From the NCBI RefSeq assembly GCF_036365525.1, contig NC_090387.1, forward strand, positions 88,515,691 to 88,579,690: 64,000 bases of DNA, given 5' to 3'. Under the pieces are notes generated by a model that worked only from the letters and a program-made list of their open reading frames with translations, was not told where the DNA came from and made no database searches. The translations under genes were made by a program, and so were the position numbers. Source of the DNA: Heterodontus francisci. Taxonomy: Eukaryota. How positions within the stretch are numbered: the stretch's first letter is position 1; every line of letters begins with the position of its first letter. Below are positions 51,294 to 64,000 of this stretch, piece by piece.

Positions 51294-51359
51294 CTTGTTC
51301 GGCAATACAAGGCATACAAACTAATTCGAGGGGAAAATACTCAATAGCATCTTCCTTAC
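51294..51359 (-). CDS. Penultimate cytoplasmic exon of the paralogous receptor, (G)KEDAIEYFPLELVCMPCIAEQ
   Basis: Pyrimidine-rich acceptor ...ctatactctaag, donor CAAG|gtaacg. Phase 1-1 joins in frame to 50648. Contains the ITIM-consensus IEYFPL, and the end CIAEQ resembles exon 5 end RIAQ. Confidence 0.55.
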
Positions 51360-51989
51360 CTTAGAGTATAGGGTGTAACAACAGGATAAACAAAAGCAGT
51401 CCCTGACGTGTATAGTTAAACGGTTGAATTTTTTAAAAAAGTAAAGAAAAATAATGTCCAGTCGTAAACAGAAAACAAGGTTAGTAATTGTGCCTCCTAT
51501 AACAAGAGGAAGGCAACCACCTCGATTGAAGGCACCAAAAGCTAACACTTAGGATTGTATTTACATTGAATCGTCGAAGTACACAGTATGTTTCTAAGTA
51601 TTTCGTAGCAAATTATTTTTGCCTAGAACGTAGTTATTGTTCTTTTTTATTCAACAAATGTGCCAATCAACTTATACAGAGCATGTTCAGGTAAATAACA
51701 ACAACAAAAAAAGAATGGCCAGTTAATCTGTGTTGATTTTTTTTGACAAAAGCACAGATCGCAAGAATGTCATGTTATTTTTAAAATCGTGTCCTCGGAT
51801 CTTCCATGTAACATTGAACAACCACAGGAAGCCTTGGTTCGTCTTTTGATCTGCACCACTGCAACTAAGACAATGCAACACACGCTAAGCATTGCACGTG
51901 AATATCAGCCTACATTATGATGTCAGCTCCAGCAGTGTACCTTCAAAAAATTACCTACAGAATTAAGTTGAGAGTGCAACAGCTACTTG

Positions 51990-54900
51990 AAATCCACGTT
52001 TCGGACGTGGAGTGGCGGCTGGGGACACAGTGGAGCATCCGCGAGGCCGAGATCATCGTGGACAGCACGTACAAGGAGGTAGTCACACCGCAGTTAAAGA
52101 CTGCTCAGGCAGAAAGGGAATGGGTGACCGCCAGTCAGAGTGGAAGAACGAGACAGGTAGTGCAGGAGTCCTCTGTGTCCATTTCCCTCTTGAACAGATG
52201 TTCCGCTTTGAATACTGTTGGGGGAGATGCCTTTTCAGGGGAATGCAGCAAGTGCCAAGTCTGTGGCACCACGGGTGGCTCAGCTGCAGAGGAGGGGAGA
52301 AAAGGAGAGCTATAGCGATAGGGAATTCTATTGTAAGGGGTGCAGATAGGCGTTTCTGTGGCCGCAAACGTGACTCCAGGATGATATGTTGCCTCCCTGG
52401 TGCTAGCGCTAAGGATGTCATGGAGCGGCTGCAGGACATTCTGAAGGGGGAGGGTGAAAAGTCATATGTCATGGTTCATATTGATACTGAAGACATAGGT
52501 GGAAAGAGGGATGAGGTCTTGCAACAAGAATTTAGGGAGTTAGGTAGCAGATTAAAAGGCAGTACCTCAAAGATTGGAATCGCGTGCCATGTGCTAGTAA
52601 GTATAGGAATAAAAGGAGGAGCAGACGAATGTGTGGCTGACGAGATGGTGCAGAAAAGAGAGCTTTAGTTTCCTGGATCACTGGGTCTGTTTCTGGCGAA
52701 GGAGGGACCTGTACAGCTCGAACGGGTTGCACCTGAACTGGGACAGGGCCAACATTCTTGTATGGAGGTTACCTGGTGCTGTTGGTTTGGGGTGGGAGGC
52801 GGTGCTGTGGGGTTCAAACTAATCTGGCAAGGGGAAGGGATACAGATTGGGGGTACAGCAGGGATGATGCACAGCCAAATATAGAAGAGAAACTAAGTCA
52901 GTCTGGAAGGCAGAGCAAATATAGACCTGTTAAGGCACAAGCGAATAATTCAAGGCTGAACTGCATCTATTTTAACTCATGGAGTCTTATAAGTATGGTA
53001 GATGAATTGTGGGCGTTGATTAACACGTGGGAATATGATAGCATTGCTACCACAGAGATATGTTGAGGGAAGGGAAGGGCTGGCAGCTTACTATTCCAGC
53101 ATACAGAATGTCCAGTCGTGACAGGGGGTGGGTGGTGTATTAGAGGAGGTGGAATTGCACTATTGATCAATTATTGCAGTAAGGAGGGATGATATCTTAG
53201 AAGGTCCCTCAAATGAGGCCATATGGGTAGAACTTACAAAACAAAAAAGCACGAAGTGGGTAATCACTTTGCTGGGAGTGTACTACAGGCCTCCAAACAG
53301 CCAGGGAGAGATAGAGGAACAGATATGTAGGCAAATCGCAGAGAGATGTGAAAATAATAGGGCAATAATAATAGATTTCAATTTCACCAATATTAACTGG
53401 GTTAATCTTAGTGACAAAGGCTTAAAGGGGTTGGAATTCTTCAAGTGCATACAGGAGAGCTTTATGAGCCAGCACGAAGAAAGTCCTACAAGAGAAGGGG
53501 CGGAGGGGGGGGGGGGGCGGGGGGCGGTACTGGACCTATTTTAGCGAAAGCAGCGGAACAAGTGGAGGAAGTGTCAGTGGAGGCACATTTCGGGGATAAT
53601 GACAAGAGCTCTGTGAGATTTAAAGTAGTTATGAAAAGGACAAAGATCGGCCACAAATAAAGATACTGAACTGGGGGAAGGCAGATTTCAATATGATAAA
53701 ACAGGATCTGACCAAAGTGGACTGGGAGCAGCTACTTGTAGGGAAGTCTACATCAGACCAGTGGGAGTTATTTAAATAAGAAATAGGGAGGGTTCAGGAC
53801 CAACATGTTCCCGTAAAGGTGAAGGGTAGGACCAATAAGTCCAGCGAACGCTGGATGTCAATGGATATAGAGGATTGGTTAAGGAAAACAAAAGAAGTGT
53901 ATGGCAGATTCAGAGGGCTGAAAACAACAGAGGCACTAGAATAGTATAGAAAGTGTAGCGTGGTACTTAAAAAATAATTGGGGAGCGGAGGGTATGCATG
54001 AAAAGACACTGGTGGGCAAGGTAAAGGCAAATTCCAAGCGTTTTATAAGTATATTAAGGGCAAGAGAATAACCAGGGGAAAAATAGGACCCATTAGGGAC
54101 CAAATTGGCAATCTGTTTGTGGAGCTGGAAGATCTACGTGAGGCTTCAAATGATTACTTTTCATCTGTGTTCACTATGGAGAAGGACGATGTATGTGGGG
54201 ACATCAGGGAGGGGGATTGCAATATACTTAAACAAATTAGCATTGAAAGGGAAAAGGTATTAGCTGTTTTAGGGGGCTTAAACTTGGATAAATTCCCAGG
54301 CCCAGATGAGATGCATCCCAGGCTCTTTTGTGAGGCAAGAGAGGAGATTACGGGGCCTCTGACACAAATTTTCCAATACTCTGTGGCCACAGGAGAAGTG
54401 CCAGAGGATTGGAGGACAGCGAATGTGGTACCAATATTCAAGAAAGGTAGGAGGGATAAACCAGGTTAATTACAGGCAAGTGATTCTATCATCAGTGGTT
54501 GGGAAACTATTGGAAAAAAATCTGAGGGACAGGAGTAATCTCCAGTTGGAGAGGCAGGGATCAACCAAGGATATTCAGCATGGCTTTGTCAAGGGGAGAT
54601 CATGTCCAACAAATTTAATTGAATTTATCGAGGATTGACTAGGTTTGTAGATAAGGGTAAAGCAGTTGATGTAGTCGACATGGACTTCAGTAAGACTTTT
54701 GATAAGGTCCCACATGGGAGATTGGTCAAGAAGGTAAGGACCCATGGGATCCAGGGCAATTTGGCAAATTGGATCCAAAATTGGCTTAGTGGCAGAAGGC
54801 ACAGGGTGATGGTCAAGGTTTGATTTTGTGGTTGGAAGCCTGTGGTCAGTGGTATACTGCAGGGATCAGTGCTGGAACCCTTGGTGTTTGCAGTATATGT

Positions 54901-55850
54901 TAATGATTTAGATGTGAATATAGGAGGTATGATCAGTAAGTTCGCAGATGACACGAAAATTGGTGGTGTCGCAAATTGTGAGGAGGTAAGCCTTAAATTA
55001 CAGGATGATATAGACGGGCTGGAAAAATGAGCAGAGCAGTGATAAATGGAATTTAATCCTCAGAAGTGTGAAGTGATGCATTTTGGGAGGACTAACAAGA
55101 TATAGGAATATACAATGGATGGTAGGACCCTAGGAAGTACCGAGAGTCCGAAGGACCTTGGTGTACTTGTCCATGAATCACTGAAGGCAGCAGCACAGGT
55201 AGATAAGGTGGCGAGGAAGGCGTATGTGATACTTGCCTTTATTAGCCGAGACATAAAATATAAAATCAGGGAGGTTGTAATGGAGCTGTATAAAATGAAA
55301 GTTAGGTCACACCTGGAGTACTATGTACAGTTCTGGTCGCCACACTATAGGAAGGATGTGATTATACTTTAGAGGGGGCAGAGGAGATTCACCAGGATGT
55401 TGCCTGGGCTGGAGCATTTCAGAGAGACTGGATAGGCTAGGGTTGTTTTCCTTAGAGCAGAGAAGGCTGAGGGGGGACCTGATTGAGGTATACAAAATTA
55501 TGAGTGTCATAGATAGGGTAGATAAGAAGAAACTTTTTTCCCTTAGCAGAGCTGTCGATGACCAGGGGACATAGATTTAAGGTAAGGGGCAGGGGGTTTA
55601 GAGGGGATTTGAGGAATTGTTTTTCTCTCCGAGGTTGGTTGGAATCTGGAAAACTCTGAAGGGGTGGCAGTGGCAGGAACTCTCATTACATTTATGTCGT
55701 ATTTAGATGAGCAGTTGAAACGCCATAGCATCCAAGGCTACGGGTCCAGTGCTGGAAAATGGGTTTGAGCATAGATAGGTGCTTGTTGGCTGACACGCAC
55801 ATGGTGGGCCGAAGGTCCTGTTTCTGTGCTGCATAACTCAATGACTCTAG
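51990..55850 (+). mobile_element. Near full-length decayed CR1 LINE (ORF1 SGNH esterase-like plus ORF2)
   Basis: AIAIGNSIVRG and NGLHL in ORF1; GVYYRPPN APE; KFADDTK RT; HER1-like tail. Confidence 0.92.
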
Positions 55851-56629
55851 ATACAGCAAAGGATGGGATGAAAAAAGAGAATATGAAAAGTTTAGGGAAA
55901 GTTTCAAAAATAAAAAGCAAAGAGGAAGTTAATAAATTAAATTATCAAGGAATAAGGAAAAGGAATAGTTACATATCCTTCAAACACATACATGACAAAT
56001 GAAACGTCCTGATAGTGATAGGCCCACACATGATAAAATCACAGATAATGGCAGAAAACGTGTAAAAATAATTTATTTTCTAAATATTTGTGTTTTTATC
56101 ATATTGGAGATTTTTTAAATTCTGCAATATAAAATTAGTTTATCATGACCAGACAGTTGGTTCCAGTAATTATAAATTTGGCAAAACGTTAAAATACAAA
56201 TACACCTCATTTAAAAGGTATAACAGTTCTGAGGATTTTTACAGCAAGCGTAACAGGACAAGTTCTGTTCAGTTCAGTAATTTTAAACTGATTACAGTTA
56301 GTGGTGGCTTCAACAGCACACCATATGCAGAAGCGCAAATCAGTGACAGCAACTTCTGGATTGCCGTATTTAGCTGCACTTTAGCTGTACCGAATCCAGA
56401 AGTTTCTGTCAGTTTCACAGTTGTAATAAAGATGAAACTCATTGCTTCACAGAAATTGACAACTACTTCCGGGGACCACAGATGCGCAACATAACACTGA
56501 TATCCAGAAGTTGCTGCCCGTGATTCTATATTTCGCCAGACGGGGCGTTGTTGAGAGACAATCTTTCCCTGCCCCGCACCACCCTCCACCCCAGCAAATT
56601 GCAATCAATGGGAAATCACCTGAATAAAC

Positions 56630-57340
56630 TAGAACTTGCAATCTTCAGCTGACAGTTTCCTTCCATGAACCATTGGACAATTTAGAGCTTGAATATTGCT
56701 GAAAACAGAGACACTTTGTCGAAGATTTCCGTCTTGCAGTCATCAGGACAATTTGAAAGAATACCAAAGTAAGAGTACGAACAGAGTGCTGATTGGTTGG
56801 CAAGTGGAGTCTCATTGGTAGAGGTGTTGCCATGGAGAATGCACCAGCTTATTGTGACTTTGTTTGAAATTTAAACCCAGCAGCTTGACTCTGATTGGTC
56901 AAGGCATTATCCGGAAGAATGACCCAGCAAATGACTGCCACTTATTTTGTTTAGCTGAAACATGCACGATGTGTGTACATGCTCTTTCTGCCTGCAAATA
57001 ACACGGCCCTGTGTATTAATATATGCAGCTTCCAGTATGTATTAGCACACTGAGGATTATTTAGCAAATGTTGTCCAATCGCAAAATCACATTTAATGTT
57101 GGACACTGTGTTTTGACTTTTGCAAGCACCGGCTCGTAGGCTACGGACTGTACCTTGCTGTTGCAAACAGCAGAAGCGACACGTTGATATGATCCACAAG
57201 TCTTTGGTGCATACGGCCTATATAACTAGCATCACACTGGGACTGAAATTCAAACATCACATTAGTCATTTGTGTGACAGCAGAAGAGCTTTTTGGCTTG
57301 ACTGCAGCATCCTGTTTGACTGCATCGTAGCAACGTGAAA
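56630..57340 (-). mobile_element. Penelope-like element 3' part (same family as 23170..24200)
   Basis: TNVMFEFQSQCDASYIGR GIY-YIG remnant; hammerhead-like ttgtc-CTGATGA-ctgcaagacg-GAAA-tcttc-gacaa at 56716-56751. Confidence 0.8.
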
Positions 57341-57719
57341 CATCTAGCGCCATCTGCTGGCCACATTGTTTGAGGTTTTTTTTGTCGAAGTTCCAGGAAC
57401 AAATTACGTGATTAAGTGATTCAAAATGCTGAGCAATTTTGGGCTTAAGTACCTGATGTGAGTAAATATAATACGCCACATCTCCTCTATAATTTATGGT
57501 TATCTATTTATCCCGCCGCACAATTGCATCTCCACCGATTACAAAGGCCAAACCACCAGCTGCTGGGAATTATTCATGAATTCCGTGCAATAGCGCTTGC
57601 TTGGAGGCTCTCTTAATATGATTATCATATTTCCAGGCGCACCAGGAAATAAAGTCAGTTGATTTGGTGTTTTATCGCAATTAAAAAAAAATCTTCACCC
57701 AATTATGAACCAGAAGCTC

Positions 57720-59835
57720 AAAGCTCTGTATTATTTTCGGAGCCACGCGCAAATTGGCATAGGGCAATGAAGATTACAGAAATGCATGCGTGGCTCAAAG
57801 GCTGGTGTGGTAGAAGTGGGTTCCGGTTCTTGAGGCAATAGAACAAGTACTGGAGAAAGTGGTGACTGCATCATTGGGATAGTCTACACCTGAACCATGC
57901 TGGGGCTGGAGTTCCAGCGAGCTATATACCTAGGGGAGTACAGAGGGTGTTATACTGAATACTGGGGGTAAGGGATCAAATTTGGGAAGATATGTTAAAT
58001 CAAGGAGAAGAGACAAGTCAAGAGAGAAAGGTATTAATATGGGAAATGATAAACAGACTGTGACAGGAAGAGACAGAGCATGCAAATCTAAGAGTAAATC
58101 AACAGATAAGGCTGGAGGTTACAAAAATAATAAATGGAAAATAAAGTAAAGGCTCTGTATCTGAATGCATGGAGCATTCAAAATAAAACACATGAACTGA
58201 GAGTGCAAATAAAAATAAACAAATATGATCTGATAGCCATTACAGAGACATGGCTGCATAATGACATAGATTGGGAACTGAATATTGAAGAGTACACGGC
58301 ATTTAGGAAGGACAGGAAGTTAGGAAAAGGTGGAGGGATAGCTCTGTTAATTAATGATGGCATTAGCACAGTACAGAAGGATGACCTAAGTTCAGGAAAC
58401 CAAGATGTGGCAGCAGTTTAGGGAGAGATGAGAAGCCCTTGTGGGATCATGTGCCACAGGGATCTTTGCTGGGGCCTCAGTTGTTTACAACTTATATAAA
58501 TGACTTAGATGAAAGGACTGAAGGTATGGTTGCTAAACTTGATGATGACACAAAGATAGGTGGGAAAGTAATTTGTGAAGGGGACATAGGGGGAGGGGGG
58601 GAGCGGTGCGTCAAGTGAGTGGGCAAATACCTGGCAAAGGGAGTATAATGTGGGAAAGTGTAAAGTTGTCCACTTTAGCTGCAAGAATACAAAACAAACC
58701 TATCATCTGAATGGTGAGAGATTGCGGATCTCTTAGATGCATGTGCTGGATGCATGATCTGGATGTCCTAGTGCATGAATCACAAATGTTTAGTAAGTAG
58801 GCACAGCACGTAATTAGGACAGCTGATAGAATGTTATCTTTTATCATGAGGGGAATTGAATACAAAAGTAGGGAGGTTATGCTTCAACTTTGGGGTGGCA
58901 CAGTGGCGCAGTGATTAGCACTGCAGCCTCACAGCTCCAAGGACCCGGGTTCGATTCTGGGTACTGCCTGTATGGAGTTTGCAAGTTCTCCCTGTGTTTG
59001 CGTGGGTTTTCTCCGGGTGCTCCGGTTTCCTCCCACAAGCCAAAAAGACTTGCAGGTTGGTAGGTACATTGGCCGTTATAAATTGTCACTAGTATAGGTA
59101 GGTGATAGGGAAATATAGGGACAGATGGGGATGTTTGGTAGGAATATGGGATCAGTTTAGGATTAGTATAAATGGGTGGTTGATGGTCGGCACAGACTCG
59201 GTGGGCCGAAGGGCCTGTTTCAGTGCTGTATCTCTAATCTAAAAATCTAATCTGTACAGGACATCGGTGAGACTATATATGAAGTACTGTGTATGGTACT
59301 AGTCTCCTTATTGAAGGAAGGATGGAAATGTATTGGAGGCAGTTATGAGAAGGTTGATTGGACTAACACCTGGAATGGGCGGACTGTCTTATGAGAAAAG
59401 ATTGGACAGGTTGGATTTGTATGCCCTGGAATTTGAAAGAGTAAGAGGTGACTAGATTGAAGCATATAGAATCTTGGGGGGTCTTGCCAGGGTAGATGTG
59501 GAAAGGATGTTTCCCCTTCTGGGATCATCTAGAACTAGGGGTCACTGTTTAAAAATAAGGGGTCGCCCATTTAAGACAGAGATGAGGAGCCTTTTTTTTT
59601 CTCTCAGAGTGCCGTGAGTCTTTGGGATTCTCTTCCTCAAAAGACAGTGGAAGCAGAGTCTTTGAATATATATAAGGTAGAGGTAGATAGATTTTTGATA
59701 CGCTAGGGGTGAAAGGTTATAGGGGTGGGTGGAAATGTGGAGTAATCAGTTCAACCATGAGCTTATTGAATGGCTGAGCCGGCTCGAGGAGCCGAGTGGC
59801 ATACTCCTGCTCCAAATTCATATGTCCGTATGAAT
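57720..59835 (+). mobile_element. Internally deleted CR1 (ORF1 end, APE start, RT 3' end) interrupted by a SINE
   Basis: AITETWL APE motif; KLDDDTK RT remnant; CR1 tail. Confidence 0.85.
58891..59252 (+). mobile_element. HE1-like V-SINE
   Basis: Near-identical organisation to 47420..47748; tail gggccgaagggcctgtttcagtgctgtatctc(taatc)n. Confidence 0.92.
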
Positions 59836-60349
59836 CCTGCAGTGTATTTTCTACTTCGGTTATGATTTCTGTTATGAATATAAATCATCTTCAAAATTCA
59901 AAAGCATCCCGATGGTAGGTTCTTCAACTCTACGCGTATTCTGCATAAATGATGGATGAATCAGATGTAACAACATACTTAGAGATGCAGTATATGGCGT
60001 GAATTCTGCAATACTTTTATGCTGGTGGACGCCCATTTTACGATCTTGCATATTCAAATAACATTGCACCTGAATCCTTATCATCTGGAAGCTGGATGGA
60101 ACGCTCTTATGAGCATGTGTCAGATCATACTATACAATGCACACTAAGTCTGGGCCTGATGTTACGGCTCTGCTGTTGACAGTCTCCCACAATCCAAAAA
60201 TTAAATTATAATTTTCATGTATTCAGGGCCACAATGTCCAATTAGGGGACAGAACAGAGATCCGAATGAGGAAATACCTAATGGTAACCCATTATCTGTA
60301 CTAAAGACGTCGGGGAATCTCAAATTATTCCTAATATAAGCACATATCT

Positions 60350-62605
60350 TAGACACATGGAAGAATAGGTGCAGGAGTAGGCCATGCGGTCATTTGGGCC
60401 TGCTCTGCCATTCCATACCAACATGGTTGACCATCCAAACTCATCCTGTTCCCACTTTATCCCCATATCCCTTGATATCATTAGCCCTCTGAGCTACATC
60501 TAACCCTTTCTTGAATATATTTCATGACTTGGCCTCAACTGCTTTCCCTGTTAGAGAATTCACTCTCTGGGTGAAGAAATTCCTCCTCAACTCAGACCTA
60601 AATGGCTTACCCTTTATCCTTAGACTGTAACACTTAGTCCTGGACTCCCCCACCATCGGAAACATCCTTCCTGCATCTAGTCTGTCCAGTCCTGTTAGAA
60701 TTTTGTAGGTTTCTATGAGGTTCCCTCTCATTCTTCTAAACTCTTAGCGCACAGAAGACTAATTGACCCAATCTCTCTTCATATGTCAGTCCTGCCATCC
60801 CAGGAATTAGTCTGGTGAACCTTTGATGCACTCACTCCATAGCAAGAACATCATTCATCAGATAAGGAGACCAAAACTGCACACAATACTCCAGATGTTG
60901 TCTTACCAAGGCCTTGTATAATTGCAGCAAGACATCCTTGCTCCTGTACTCAAATCCTCTCGCTATGATGGCCAACATAACATTTGCCTTCTTAACTGCC
61001 TACTGCACCTGCATGCTTGCTTTCTGCGACTGGTGCACAAAGACACCAAGGTCTCGCTGCACCTGCCCCTTTCCCAATCTATCACCGTTCAGATATAATC
61101 TGCCTTTATGTTTTTGCCTCCAAAATCGATAACTCACATTTATCCACATTATACTGCATCTGCCATTTATTTGCCCACTGACTCAACCTGTCCAAATCAG
61201 ATTGGAGGTTCTCTGCATCCCCCTCACATCTCACATTCCCACCTAGATTTGTGTCACCTACAAACTTGGGTGTATTACATTTAATTCCCTCATCTATATC
61301 ATTAATTTATATTGTGAATAGCTGGGGTCCTAGCACTGATCCCTGTGTTGCCCCACTATTCACTGCCTGCCACATGGAAAAAGACCCGTTTATTCCCACG
61401 CTTTGTTTCCTGTCTGCCAAGCAGTTCTCTATCCATGTGAGTACCTTACCCACAATCCCATGTGCTTTAATTTTGCACGCTAATCTCTTATGTGGGAGCT
61501 TATCGAAAGCCTTCTGAAAGTCCAGCTGCACCACATCCACTGGTTGTCCCTTATCTATTCTACTAGTTACATCCTCAAAAAATTCCACTAGATTTGTCAA
61601 ACATAATTTGTCCTTCGTAAATTCGTGTTGGTTTTGTCCAATCCTGTCATTGTTTTCCAAGTGCTCTGTTATTACATCTTTTATAATGGGCTCTAGCATT
61701 TTCCACACTACCGATGTCAGGCTAACCAGTCTGTAATTCCCTTTTTTCTCTCTACCTCCTTTGTTAAATGGTGGGGTACACGAGCTACGCTCCAATCCAT
61801 TGGAACTGTTACAGAGTTAATGGAATTTTGAAAAATGACAAGCAATGCATCTACTATTTCTAGGGCTACCTCCTTCCATACTCTGGGATGTAGATTATCA
61901 GGCCCTGGGAATTTATCAGTCTTCAATCCCATCAATTCCCCTAACCAAATTTCCCTACTAATACTGATTTCATATGGTACATCCTCCTCACTATACCCAA
62001 TGTTCCCCAATATTTTTGGCAGGTAATTTATGCCCCCCCCCTTTTGTGGAGACAGAACCATAGTAGTATTTAATTGGTCTGCCATTTCTTTGATCCCCAT
62101 TATAAGTTCCCCCGTTTCTGAATGTAAAAGACCCATATTTGTCTTTACTAATCTTTTTCTCTTCTTATATCTATAGAAGCTTTTTACAGTCAATTTTTAT
62201 GTTCTCTGTCAGCTTACTTTCATACTCAATTTTCTCCAACTTAATCAATTCCGTTGTCCTCCTTGGCTGAAATCTAAACTGCTCCCAGTCCTCAGGTTGC
62301 TCCTTGTCCTGGCCATTTTATATTACTTCTCCTTGGATCTAATACTATCTCTGATTTCTTTTCTAAGCCACGGTGGAGCGACCCTTCCTGTTTTATTTTT
62401 GCGCCAGACAGGAATGAACAATTGTTTTAATTCAACCATATGCTCTTTAAATGTTTGCTATTGGCTATCCACGTTAACCCTTTAAGTAACGTTCCTCAAT
62501 CTATCATAGCCAATTCGCACCTCACACCTTCATAGTTTCTTTTATTTAGATTCAAGACCCTAGTCTCGGAATCAACTCTCTCACTCTCCATCTTAATGAA
62601 GGCTT
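60350..62605 (-). mobile_element. 5'-truncated CR1 LINE related to 12563..15910
   Basis: Minus ORFs 61717..62193, 61307..61795, 60522..60731. Confidence 0.92.
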
Positions 62606-63114
62606 CCAGCGGGTTTTTTTTTCCAGTTTTGTTAAGCTATTCATCAGTCTTGACTAATAACGTTGAGCAGATAAATTGAGATGGTAGTTTGAGAATTTAA
62701 ATCAATGTTTTAAAAATGAAGAAATGATGCAAAATGAAAAACAACAACTGTTGCTGAGACAGTTGAATTGTTCTAATAAATCTAACTTATCCAATAATGT
62801 CCTTTTGTTCCAACCCGGTCTATCATACATTTGGTCGCAGACCAAGCCAGAATGATTGAATTTCAACTGTCCTATGAAGTTGCCTAGAAAGTCATTCAAT
62901 TGTACCAAGCTGCTCTCAGTGGTTCAAGAAGGTGTCCCATCAGCCCATCATGAATGAAAGCAAAATGTGCGCTGTACCATCAAGTCTACCTTTTCAAGCT
63001 TCCATGCCACCGCAGTTTGTTCGGCTAACTGCCAGAAGAGCTTGCAATTTTATGTTGTTTGAGGGAGCCAGCTTGTGACAGTGGACTGCAAGCTGGCCAC
63101 AAAGCATAAACGTT

Positions 63115-63430
63115 TCCATACGAGCATGCAAACAGACACATTAGGAGCAGGAGTAGGCCACTCAGCCCCTCGAGCCTTCTCCACTATTTAATAAGATCAT
63201 GGCAAACCTGATTATATCTTCAATTCCACATTCCCACCTACCCCCAATAACCTTTCACCCCCTTGATTATCAACAATCTATCTACCTCAGCCTTAAAAAT
63301 ATTCAAGACTCTGCGTCCACCACCTGTCGAAAAAGAGAGTTCCAAATACACACGACTGTCTTAGAGAGAGAGAAAAAAACTCCTCATCTCTGTTTTAAAT
63401 GGGTGACTCCTTTCTTTGAAAGTGACCCCA
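63115..63430 (-). mobile_element. CR1 3' end
   Basis: aggagcaggagtaggccactcagcccctcgagc is the reverse of the CR1 tails at 15850-15890 and 59780-59815. Confidence 0.8.
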
Positions 63431-64000
63431 GAACAGAATTTTACACCCGCCAAAAGATTGAGCTGGTGGCGGGGTGAGGTGGGGTGCGGTGGGAGGGCAG
63501 AGGTGGTGTGTAAATAATTTACACTGGGCAGCGACAGTGAGAAACAGCCCGCACACCCCGGGCCAAGCAAGAGCCTTAGGTGCCTGCCAATATGGGGAAT
63601 TTACGGATAGCTGGCAGGTGGCTGAGGCCTCAGAAAAGCTGTCTGATAAAACTAGGCTGCCTTCTGGCGACCTGTAGGAGGCCCTCATGATAAAGCAAAC
63701 TGAGCCCCACCGACGGCCGCCCCCAATGCCCCAACCACCGCCACAGTTCAACACGCCTCCCACCCCCTAATTGACCTCCCCCCCCCCCCTGCCTTGCAAC
63801 GGCCAGACCGATTGCCCCCGTGAGGCTTCTAAAACGGACTTGTTTTCCGGTGCTCTCCGTCATCGTCATCCTTGAGCTGGGCTGCAGTCTCAGCAGTGGC
63901 CACTGCTCCCAGTAGCACTGCTGGTACTATGAGCTATCGGCTCGCTGATTAGCTGGCAGCGCCATTTGTCTCGTCTTCCTGCCTCAATGAGATGGAAGTC
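63431..64000. repeat. GC-rich interspersed repeat of unassigned class, running off the window
   Basis: Abrupt switch to GC/CpG-rich sequence truncating the CR1; no coding signal. Confidence 0.35.

Noticed and set aside
51294-51350. Frameshifted signal-peptide exon (MLLSIFP...) on the minus strand
   Set aside because: ATG frame stops after 9 codons; no V exon follows, while the internal-exon reading joins in frame to a cytoplasmic exon.
51321-51548. Hydrophobic minus-strand ORF as the paralog TM exon
   Set aside because: No suitable splice sites, contains internal charged residues, and the hydrophobicity is explained by T-rich intronic sequence.
51780-51935. Deu-domain SINE relic (also ~4060-4180)
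   Set aside because: Only a faint resemblance by eye; cannot be supported without an HMM search.
56090-56604. Overlapping 134-aa (+) and 111-aa (-) ORFs as Ig-like exons
   Set aside because: No Cys-Trp-Cys framework or splice signals; overlaps a palindromic repeat.
57505-57570. AAGGLAFVIGGDAIVRR on the minus strand as the paralog TM exon
   Set aside because: Too short, bounded by stops, Asp in mid-helix, no GT donor.

Overview
Eukaryotic, repeat-dense genomic DNA, almost certainly from an elasmobranch (shark or ray), judged from HE1-type V-SINEs and matching CR1/HER1-type LINE tails; the species cannot be determined. Most listed ORFs are decayed CR1, L2, Penelope-like or Gmr1-type Ty3/Gypsy fragments, or antisense shadows of these. 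Reading splice sites by hand reveals a complete 7-exon immunoglobulin-superfamily receptor on the + strand (51..18267, predicted 353 aa). Its layout is leader, germline-joined VJ-type V domain, C1-set domain, uncharged TM, short cytoplasmic exon, and two tandemly duplicated tyrosine-motif (ITIM/ITSM-like) exons. This is a non-rearranging, antigen-receptor-like inhibitory receptor (NKp30/SIRP/VJ-C1-like architecture). About 32 kb downstream, two exons on the - strand (51294..51359, 50533..50648) encode the cytoplasmic tail of a convergently oriented paralog. That tail appears to have been rewritten by compensating +1/-1 frameshifts, and its upstream exons were not found in the window. Other notable items: a Penelope-type minimal hammerhead ribozyme with an intact core in the sense strand of intron 3, a 48-bp AGGAAA-bearing tandem array before the TM exon, and two Gmr1-like LTR elements sharing the same internal deletion. 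Repeat boundaries are approximate (read by eye); exon coordinates were counted base by base.
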